From the NCBI RefSeq assembly GCF_000281045.1, contig NW_008246119.1, positions 148,943 through 184,975 of the forward strand: a stretch of DNA of 36,033 nucleotides. The letters are read 5' to 3'. The stretch is from Saprolegnia diclina VS20. Its lineage: Eukaryota. The notes beneath the pieces are model-generated. The model searched no databases. It worked only from the letters and a program-made list of their open reading frames with translations, and was not told the DNA's origin. This document shows, piece by piece, positions 11,046-20,107 of the stretch (its first letter is position 1; each line of letters opens with the position of its first letter). The position numbers and the translations under genes were made by a program.

Positions 11046-11391
11046 CGACGCGTCAGCAGAGCGTGGTTGATGATAGCAAGATAGCAGACACTACGAGCCG
11101 TGCAAGCGCCACGACTCTGCCTGCACCGAATCCTTCCAACACCAACGGACTTCAACGAGTAGGCTCTTTGGTTGTTGCAATGAGATCTTGAGGTGGAAGC
11201 CTCGATCGGCCCCGCCGGCTTGTTTCTGAGCGCATGACGCAGCGACGTCGACTGGTGCCATGCTCTCATCGCCGAAGCTCCCTCTTTCTCAAGGTGCTGT
11301 CTGCGATGGGGTTCTCCTCTCGATGGTAGCCATCGGTTCCCTTCTTCTCTCAATAATGACGACTGTCGCTATGCTCCACATCTCGGCCGAC
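11046..11391 (+). pseudogene. Upstream module plus orphan 5' end of a protease-like gene
   Basis: Encodes VLLSMVAIGSLLLSIMTTVAMLHISAD (like the copy 1/4 signal peptide), after which homology stops. Confidence 0.7.
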
Positions 11392-11555
11392 ACCACATTT
11401 ATGATTTTTTTATTCTTTTTGGGCGTGCTTGGCCGTAGCAGCGCCAGAAGCCGGACGTTTGAACCTTCGAAACGAATTCGAGTCGATAAAAAATCCAGGC
11501 TGCCTTGGATATCTATTGCAGCGTGCTTGACAAAAATATGACGCAGAGTCGGGCA

Positions 11556-12624
11556 TGCGAGTATATGAAGGTACTCGTCGTCCGCTTCCGCGAAATCGGA
11601 TATCGAACCCTGCCTCTACAGAGTGACAAGCTTGCGCTTTGCCACTAGGCTATAGAATTGGCTCTTGCTTTTACGCTTTGCAGTCCCTACTGTTGATTTT
11701 GTTTTGACGCCGGTCGTAGAATCGCAGCGACCCTTTGCACGACCTGAACTCTGCGCTGGACGCGCGAGACAGATACCCTACCCCTTGTCGAAACCTACCC
11801 CTCGTAGCAGGTGCATCCGTCGACGACACACGGGACTGAATCGACAACGGCGCGTCATTGATGGGGAGAGCCGGATACTATGTCGATCTTCCAGCACCAA
11901 CGCCTTAAGAAATAGCGAATCCTGCGCGTGCTTGTTTTCTTAGTTGATGCTGCGATCAGTCGGTTTCCAAGCGCGTGACGCTTCCCTTCCACACTCGGAC
12001 GATCTCACTTCGTCCTGCTCAGCATGCGCTCCCTCTGCTTGCTNNNNNNNNNNNNNNNNNNNNNNNNNNNNNNNNNNNNNNNNNNNNNNNNNNNNNNNNN
12101 NNNNNNNNNNNNNNNNNNNNNNNNNNNNNNNNNNNNNNNNNNNTGCGAGTATATGAAGGTACTCGTCGTCCGCTTCCGCGAAATCGGGTATCGAACCCTG
12201 CCTCTACAGAGTGACAAGCTTGCGCTTTGCCACTAGGCTATAGAATTGGCTCTTGCTTTTACGCTTTGCAGTCCCTACTGTTGATTTTGTTTTGACGCCG
12301 GTCGTAGAATCGCAGCGACCCTTTACACGACCTGCGCTGGACGCGCGAGACAGAAACCCTACCCCTGGCCAAAACCAACCCCCCGAACAACGTGCATCCG
12401 TCGACGACACACGGGACTGAATCGACAACGGCGCGTCATTGATGGGGAGAGCCGGATACTATGCCGATCTTCCAGCACCAACGCCTCAAGAAATAGCGAA
12501 TCCTGCGCGTGCTTGTATTCTAAGTTGATGCTGCGATCAGTCGGTTTCCAAGCGCGTGACGCTTCCCTTCCACACTCGGACGATCTCACTTCGTCCTGCT
12601 CAGCATGCGCTCCCTCTGCTTGCT
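11556..12624 (+). repeat. About 485-bp direct duplication (11556-12043 and 12144-12624) flanking a 100-N gap
   Basis: Near-identical sequences with a few SNPs and indels; both end in the MRSLCL start of copy 7. Confidence 0.92.
11588..11660 (-). pseudogene. Degenerate tRNA-derived element (Asp-like CTTGTCAC loop); second copy at about 12176-12248
   Basis: Minus strand reads TAGCCTAGTGG (A box)...GCTTGTCAC...AGGGTTCGATA(T/C)CCG (B box). Acceptor and anticodon stems pair poorly. Confidence 0.55.
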
Positions 12625-13768
12625 CACGATTCTTCTCTCGGTCACACTCGCTACCCTCAACATCTCGGACGACGAGCGCCATGAGCTCTCGCGTGACTTG
12701 ACGCTCTGGCAAAAGAAGTTTGGCCACGACGACCACGTGCGCGCGGCCATGAAGCTGGTGCGAGGAACCTTGACGACCGACGACCTCCTCCGGCGCTTGA
12801 AGGCGACCAAGGACCAGCTCCCGACGATACGTGCGGCCAACCCGCACGCCACCTTTAGCCACTTGACCAAGTTTGCGCTGCTCACGGACAGCGAGTTTGC
12901 GCGGTTCGTATCGGGATCTGCGTCGGTCGTCACGCCGTTGCCTGCTGCACCGGCATCGACCAATCGATCGAATCGCAGTGCAACTGTCAGCGGGAACGCC
13001 TACTCGGTCGACTGGACTACACAGTCGATTTGCGTGCCGCCCGTCAAGTTCAAAGGCAACTGCGGCAGCAACTGGGCGATCGTAGCGGCAGCAGCCGTCT
13101 CGTCCACGCACTGCCTCACGACGGGCGACGCCATCAACCTCTCGGCGCAACAGGTCTTGGGCTGCTCGTACCCGGGCGGCACCGACGGCTGCAAAGGCGC
13201 TGGCTTTGCGCAGCATGCGATGCAGTGGCTCGTGTCGCATTCGGACGCGTTGTGCAGCGAGTCGGCGATCCCGTACACCTCGGGCGAGACCGGGTTGGCG
13301 CCGTTTTGCAGCGACAGCACCAAGTGCGCCGGGGCTTTTGCGCTCCAGGCCGGCCCGATCGTTAATCTGCGGGGCGAAGCCGCGCTCACAAAGCAGCTCC
13401 AGTTGCAGCCCGTCGTTGCGTTCGTAGCGACGCCCAACCATATATGGAAGTCGTACCGGGGCGGCATCGTCACGTGGTGTCCGCCGACGGTGTACGTCGA
13501 CCAAGCCATGCTCGTCGTCGGCTATGGCACCCATGATGCTGGCTTCAACAACAATACCTTACTCCCTTTTTTCAAGCTGCGCAATACGTGGGGCACCAAC
13601 TGGGGCGAGCGCGGCGACATTCGGATCTTGCGCGGTGAAGGCAACGACGAAGGCATATGCAAACTCGCCGCGAACCTTGTCTACTCGACGCTTCCGCCAA
13701 TGGGCGCCAGCAAGGCGACGCTTCCGCCAATGGGCGCCAGCAAGGCGACGCTCCCTCACCAACCATAG
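12605..13768 (+). CDS. Secreted papain-like C1A homologue, predicted inactive (copy 7, 387 aa)
   Basis: Signal peptide MRSLCLLTILLSVTLA. Motifs KGNCGSNWAI (Cys->Asn, AAC 13070-13072), VDQAMLVVGYG and FKLRNTWGTNWGERG. Confidence 0.92.
   Translation: MRSLCLLTILLSVTLATLNISDDERHELSRDLTLWQKKFGHDDHVRAAMKLVRGTLTTDDLLRRLKATKDQLPTIRAANPHATFSHLTKFALLTDSEFARFVSGSASVVTPLPAAPASTNRSNRSATVSGNAYSVDWTTQSICVPPVKFKGNCGSNWAIVAAAAVSSTHCLTTGDAINLSAQQVLGCSYPGGTDGCKGAGFAQHAMQWLVSHSDALCSESAIPYTSGETGLAPFCSDSTKCAGAFALQAGPIVNLRGEAALTKQLQLQPVVAFVATPNHIWKSYRGGIVTWCPPTVYVDQAMLVVGYGTHDAGFNNNTLLPFFKLRNTWGTNWGERGDIRILRGEGNDEGICKLAANLVYSTLPPMGASKATLPPMGASKATLPHQP
13686..13752 (+). repeat. 30-bp tandem repeat (2.2 units) in the copy 7 C-terminus
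   Basis: cgacgcttccgccaatgggcgccagcaagg x2 + cgacgct, encoding TLPPMGASKA x2. Confidence 0.95.
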
Positions 13769-14804
13769 TCATCGACCTGACATGTGCGTGCCACGTAGGA
13801 CGTTGTAGTTTAGTCGTCCAGTGTTGGAGACCAAGTGAAGTGTTGAGACTATTGATGACCTTGGTTTCGTCGAATGTTTTAGCAAGGCAGCGACAACAGG
13901 TTGGAGCTTCGTGGGACGCATGGGGTCATCGAGTATTTAGAGGTGGAGAGAGCTCGTGTGAAAATATAGAAAAATGAAAGAAAATGAACAAAGGACTTCT
14001 CATAACACCAGCGTCCGCTCACACCGTCTTGGAATAGCAACGGCGGACGTTCATCAAGAGCCAGCAACTCAAAACTCAATTCGAGCTTCTGGCCGACATC
14101 CCGAGTCAACGGACGTGGTCACATACGATCATCAAAGTCATTTGTGATGTCAACTTTGAAAACAAAGTAGAACAGAGCCAATACTAAAGAATTTGATCCT
14201 GTATAAGTACGGTCTTAATTTCCAAATTGACCGTAAATTCTACCATTGCTGCGTTTGCAAAAGTCGGTGTTCCTCATGTACTTGCATGCTAAACACGCCT
14301 GACACCGAGTCCAGTGGCTTGATTTCTGCATGGCGCGTAGAAATCCGCATAATACCACGTGTTTCCGCATAATTTTGAATGAGTTCGTACGAGCTAGCGT
14401 ATATTTACGGTAAAACCGCTCGTGATAGCGTGAATTTGTCGTGTAACACCATATACCCCTTTTACATCACACGATATCAAGAAATGCATATAGTGTGTGT
14501 ACTGCATTGGCAAATTCAACCTGAACCAGGCCAAAAGAAGGATTTTCGGACCGAAACGTACGCTTCAATTAGGCTTTTGCAGGTGGCACCATCACAGACT
14601 GGACAGGCCGAGCGACCAACGCCAATGACGGGCTCTTGCAAGAGCGCAGCACGATGCTCTCTATCGTCATCCCATAGTCCGTGAGTATTCCTCAGGCGTC
14701 GACGCACCAACGCTTGGCAAAAGGTCATGCGACAGCAGCCCTCCTCACGCAGCAACCTCCACATCGAGCGTATCCTTCCTCGACCAAGGTACTTCATCGT
14801 TCTT

Positions 14805-15210
14805 GATGTTGAAGCATTGATGGGCCGCGCCAGATTGTTTCCAGGCGCGTGACGCACCACCGGTCAGCAGCTTTGTACATGCGAGAGCTTATGGCGCTCG
14901 TCGGCCGAGATGTGGAGCGCACCGATGGTCGTTGCGCTCGAGAGAAAGAGGGCGCCGATGGCGGCCATCGAGAGAAGCACCCAGTCAAAATACATTGCAC
15001 GCCACCCGGCGAAACGTGATCTTCTGCGGTTGAAGACTTGACGCTCTGGCAACAAAAGTTTGGCCACGACGACCACGTGCGCGCGGCCATGAAGCTGGTG
15101 CGAGGAACCCTGGCGACCGACGATCTTCTCCGGCGCTTGAAGGCAGCCAGCACGACGTTGAGCCACTTGACCAAGCGTACGATGATCACAGACAACGAGT
15201 TTTCGCGGCG
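14805..15210 (+). pseudogene. Decayed protease-like gene with an internally inverted 5' segment
   Basis: Upstream motif on + (about 14820-14860); signal peptide and ISADERH on - (14881-14984); prodomain DLTLWQQKFGHDDHVRAAMKLVRG... on + from 15035. Confidence 0.8.
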
Positions 15211-15984
15211 GGTAGTGACGCGACGTGCTTGTGCGATGGGCCGCGACATCGCGCTGCCGGCAGCCAACAGCGCCGCGCTCCCGACCAAAGCCAATCGCGA
15301 CGATGTGCTCACGCACTGCGTCGACCATTGGTGCAAAGCCGGTGCTATGCTCTACACCCACATCGCAAGTCAAAAAGTCGCAATGCTCGTGACAGCGCAG
15401 ACTCGACGATCCAGACTTCCAAATACCACGGTATCAAGTCGATAATATATACTGTTGTAGATTGGCAACGCTGCGGCGGACAACGGGTGCGGCCAAGCAC
15501 ACCAGCTGCAACGCAAAAACGACCTGTGCCACGACGTGTGTGCTTGTGCCGCCGACCGTGCACACGCGCCTCCAAGCGGCGGATGTTTTGATTTCCAAAC
15601 ATGTATGAATGAATATGGATGCTTTTGTCATGCAGATCTTACCGCCCGGAGAATGCACGACATGAGAGGTGCTAGCGTATCGAAGCAGATATATACATGC
15701 TGTGATATTGGAGCTAGTAATCCCCTTCCATTTGGTATACACGTTCTATACCTGCTTGCCACTAGCTAGCTATATGTACAGCACCAACATCTATGAGCCA
15801 GGTCTACCCGGTGCATCCTAGCTGCTGGCAGGTGTTGAGTGAAGAAGAGAAAAAGAGCTTTCCACGGGCATTTTGCTTGGGTTCGAGGACCCTTGCGCCA
15901 TGCGCCAGACATTATACGCGGGTGCATATGGTCCAAATAGATGCAATGTCCTTTGAACCACACCCGCGTAGAATCGGAAAGTCG

Positions 15985-16059
15985 TGGCACCACCGGGGAT
16001 CGAACCCAGCACCAACTGGGTTTTACACCAGCGCCTTAACAACTAGACTACTAGATGCC
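15985..16059 (-). pseudogene. tRNA-like element (Thr/Tyr-like pseudo-tRNA or SINE head)
   Basis: Minus strand reads GGCATCTAGTAGTCTAGTTGTTAAGGCGCTGGTGTAAAACCCAGTTGGTGCTGGGTTCGATCCCCGGTGGTGCCA. Acceptor GGCATC/GGTGCC, D stem GTCT/AGGC and T arm CTGGG-TTCGATC-CCCGG all pair; the anticodon loop is irregular. Confidence 0.7.
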
Positions 16060-16442
16060 ACTAGATTCCTCACGTTCGCAGTGCCTACTGTTGATTTCCT
16101 TTGCTGGTGGCCGTACAAAGGCACCTCCACCCTTTACGCGCTGGCCTGGCTCGAGAGAAACCCTAACCCTCGTAGGAACCACCAACCCATGCATGCGTCG
16201 ACGACACACAAGACAATATGGACGGTGCATCCTTCTTGGTTGCGTGCTCTGAACCAAGGCAGTGCGGTACCGGGGCAAATGCCACAGAGACGCGCTTGCT
16301 CGGCTCTTCTCAGCCGTTGACTTGGCGACCGCAGAACTTGGAAGCCCCGGACGTAACCAAGCTAGCTCCAAAAACATCCGCAAGTTTAAGCCCGATATCA
16401 CATCTCGACAAACTCCTAAATCCAAGGACTAACTTGGACACA

Positions 16443-17910
16443 CTATGTCCATGTGCTCCATACGCTCACAGTTCCGTGAGCATCGCCCGCGTACACGTCG
16501 CCCGAGTCCGCATCGTACGCCAAGCACGTGGGCAGCGTCGAGAGGAGGATCGTCGCTCTCTGCGCCGCCATATCGCGCAAATGGCTCGGCCGCACGCGCA
16601 ATTCGGCGCCACCTGCTGGTCTTTCGATGTGCACGTAAGGTAGCCGCAACGTACCAGCGACGGGTACGCACGAAACGATGACGTTGTCAGCGACCACATG
16701 GTGGACGCTGCCGGGTGTCTCGTGGAACCTACCGCCGTCATATGAGACCCTCGTCCACAGCCAACTGCAAATATACGTGGAGAGAAGCGACCCCGAGATG
16801 GAATACACGCGGACCGACGCCATGAGGTCGATCACGAGGAAGATCTTTGCGGTGGAGACGAAGGCAAAGCCACTTACGGGCACGTGCCGGGTTGCGGGGA
16901 TCACGACGCACTTGCTCGTAGTCACCTGCGAGACCATGCATCGACGGGTTCTTGGATCGTATACTGCGTACGTTGAGAACGTGGAGGTGCTCGTGCTCTT
17001 GCTTGTACACGAGCATGTTGTCGAAAAGCTCGATCAAGACGATGCGCTGCCGCCGCATGGCTGGCGCGAGGTGGACAATGACCTAGAGATACGCCATGGG
17101 AGGGATGCGAAGGCCGCCAAGGAGGACCTGGCCCGTGTCAATGTCGAGCACAGACAACGAAGGGGCCAGTCGCGATGCAACGCGAGGAGTGTCCCATTGC
17201 GCCAAGAGCATCCCCGGACTAGAATGCATGCGTACGGATCTGCAGGCAGCGTCGTTTGTACCTTGTCTTGACCTCGCGCATGGGCACCGCATTGTCGAGC
17301 GTGTAGAGCAGCGCATATGTGCGCAAGTCCCAGAGCTTGTAGCGCCTACGTCGTCGATGGTACCACTCGCTTGAGAAGCAACGACCTACATGTCTGGCGT
17401 CGACGCCGTCAGGATCTTGCTGTTGGCCTCGTCAAACTCGACAAATCCGGGCCATCGGAGCGACTCGCCGACGAAAAGTCCTACGCCTGGCGATGGCGTC
17501 TTGCGCAACGCGTGTCTACGTTGGCCATATTGCATGCAAGTCGGATGAAGAGGGACGCACCGATGACTCACGGACCGGCAGTGCAACTCGTCCGTGACGT
17601 CCTTGTCCCATGTCGCCGTGAGCACAATTGACGCGTTCAATGGGTTGTAGTAGATGGAGCGCACGCGCTCGCTGGGCGAGAGGTTCATGCACGCCGTGGT
17701 GTGTCCGTGGATGGCAAAGCAAGCACCGTCGTCCGTACGACAAAATACCATGTTGCCGCCAAGCGTGAGCTCCGCGACCGCTGCAGCCTTGTGCACTGCC
17801 ACATGGCGTCGCAGACGGGCCGGACGCAAAACGCTACCATGCTCGTACAGCGACAGCTGGGACGTCGGGCGGACCTGCCGCTCGAGGAGGTGCTGGAAGA
17901 TGTTGCTCAT
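16443..17910 (-). CDS. Multi-exon WD40/beta-propeller-like conserved protein
   Basis: Collinear blocks across frames: RVRSIYYNPLNASIV, ESLRWPGFVEFDEANSKILT, IELFDNMLVYKQEHEHLHVLNVR, CLAYDADSGDVYAGDAHGTVSVWS. From memory these resemble a plant transducin/WD40-like family with the LKWPGFVEFDDVNGKVLT signature. Exon borders not fully resolved. Confidence 0.72.
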
Positions 17911-18241
17911 CCGTGCAACCGCTTCAATCTCGCAGTCCGGATACGGGATTCGAAAGATGGTGTTGCCGTCTAAACAAACGCAACTCGGTCTGGTCGGCTT
18001 CGAAAAAAGAAGCCAACACCCAAGGAGATGACGATATACATGCTATCCGCTACCCGCCTACGCCGTTCTAGCAATGCTTGCACAGGGCGAAAGCGAAGAG
18101 GTTTCCACGATGGTCTCCTGCCTGCTCGTCTCCATCCAGGGCACACAATGTACCCATCGAGAGGTGCCCGCGCTCAAGGCGCGTTCTTCTAGCTTGAAGT
18201 TGATACCAATACAATAGTCGTCGTACTGTTCACGCCTTCAG

Positions 18242-19502
18242 TCTAAAATCACGTCACACTTCTCGGATTTGAGCCGTCGTATCCGGATTCGTATCATAAA
18301 AACAAGCCGCATGAAGGAGCCAGGTCACGGAGCGAAGCTGCGCCGCAGCCCAACGATCGGGTACGACGTCGCCGCCACCGTACGAGGCCCATGCACTTGG
18401 CTAGCGACTGCAAGCTGCCTGGAGGCTTTATGATCGAGGCGCGGTCGCTCTGCAGCAACGATTCCCGCAAAGATGTCAACCAAGATACGTTTCTCATGGA
18501 CGACGCACTGGGCGTCCTTGGCATCTTCGACGGCCATGGCGTGTACGGCGAGCTCTACTCATCCAAGGCCAAATCGCTCGTAATATGCATCTCGTCGTAC
18601 ACGCTCTCATGCGACCGCAGGTCCAGGCGTACCTCCAACAAAAGTCCGACTTTGATGTTCCACGTGCGCTCTCGGGCGCATTCCTGCGAGCGCACCTGCA
18701 CGTACCGGCCTCTGCTTCGTCTCGTCGAAAAAGCAAGCGATGGTTTTATGTGCTGTAGCTCGTCGACGCCATTGCGCAAGACCGCAACAGCGGCACGACC
18801 GCGCTCGTCGCTGCCATCACCCCCACGCGCTTCTACTTTGCCAACGCCGGCGACTGCCGGGCCATCGTACTCGAAGTACGTACATACCTCACGCGACGCT
18901 CGCAGGAGTCGATGTTCTTCTCTCTGCGCAGGACGACCCGTCCGGCTCGGTGCTTGTGCATCAAGTGACCACGGACCACACGCTGCACAACCTCGTACGC
19001 TTCCAGCCGTCTCTCGCGCGCACGACGCATGTGGTAGGACGAGCGCATGCGCGTGCTAGACTTAGGGCTGCCTTTCCGGGCCCTGGGCGATGGCCGCATC
19101 GTCGTTTCACACCCAACGAAATCGGTGGCCCTTGAAGTCCCGTGTTGGCGCACTGAGTGAACGTAGATGACGCAAACGCCGAGCCGGAGCCTCGGGGACA
19201 CGCACCTCTTGCCCCGCAATGGCGCGTGCGCCGTGCCCGAGATCTCGCAATTGGAGCTCACGCCGCAGTTCCGCTGGCTCGTCCTCGCCTCCGACGGCGT
19301 CTTTGACGAGCTCACAAACGAGGACGTGGCAGCGATCCTCTCGTACTGCAACGACCCGGACACGGCGTGTACCGAGATCATCCTCGCTGCGCAGACCGAG
19401 TGCGAGCGCAAGGTACGCCACTCACACGTCCTCGCTACCCACACCGATGCGTAGGGGATTACGCACGATGACATCACCTGTGTGTGCGTCATGCGTGCAT
19501 GA
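18242..19502 (+). CDS. Protein phosphatase 2C (PPM family), multi-exon; true start uncertain (18311 or upstream, e.g. 18074)
   Basis: Motifs in order over short introns: NQD, GIFDGHG, SGTTA, ANAGDCRA, TTDH, SRSLGD, LVLASDGVFD, HDDITCV. Stop TGA at 19500-19502. Confidence 0.85.
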
Positions 19503-20107
19503 CGCGACTCGAAGCGTTTGCAACACGTTATAACAGACAATAAGACAATAAGATCACATTGCATTTAGCAGCGTAGACCGAGTTGTAGTCTCACCATCGC
19601 ATGTATACCGCCTGGCAGCTAGTAGCTACCGTCGACGCTGCTTGCGGCGCACCCGGCATGGGTCTACAGCCACGTCTCTACCTCGTCTCTACCTAGCGCT
19701 AGAGTGTCGTCCGACAGTGCAGTCCGTAGCGATCTACGGCTTCGTCAGGCCATCTACCTACCTTCAGCCAGGCCGACGTTTGGATGGCCGTCGATAGGAG
19801 GTAGCCGCTGTACAAGCGTCGACGAAGGAACCGACAATGCCCACGATATAAGTCGACCTAGACAAGCTGGAGCCATCATGAAGTGCGCCTGCACCACGTC
19901 CTTGTGCTGCATGAGTGAGAAGCACTACTTCAAGTACGAGACCACTAGTTCGAATGGACGACCCATCGTTGTTGTCCGAGCCCGTCGAGCAACCATTCGC
20001 GAGATAGCAAGCCGCGGTATGTTCCTTGGCCGGCTCGTGCGAGACGCGCAAACATTGAGTAACGTCCTCGTGGAGGCAACGGCGAAACCGCGCCGTAGGC
20101 GGGCGGG

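Noticed and set aside
11556..12624. Apparent extra gene copy or recent tandem duplication upstream of copy 7
   Set aside because: Near-identical contig ends around an exactly 100-N gap are typical of two unmerged haplotypes, and the gap is too short for a gene. Not counted as a separate copy.
13800..14800. Possible transposon remnant in the AT-richer spacer
   Set aside because: No recognisable transposase or RT motif, terminal repeat or target-site duplication by eye.
15985..16059. Functional tRNA gene
   Set aside because: Irregular anticodon loop, extra bases after the acceptor stem and a D loop lacking GG; called tRNA-like only. The other tRNA-like elements are more degenerate.
16158..16170. 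aaaccctaaccct as interstitial telomeric repeat
   Set aside because: Only two imperfect units, inside a repeat flank.
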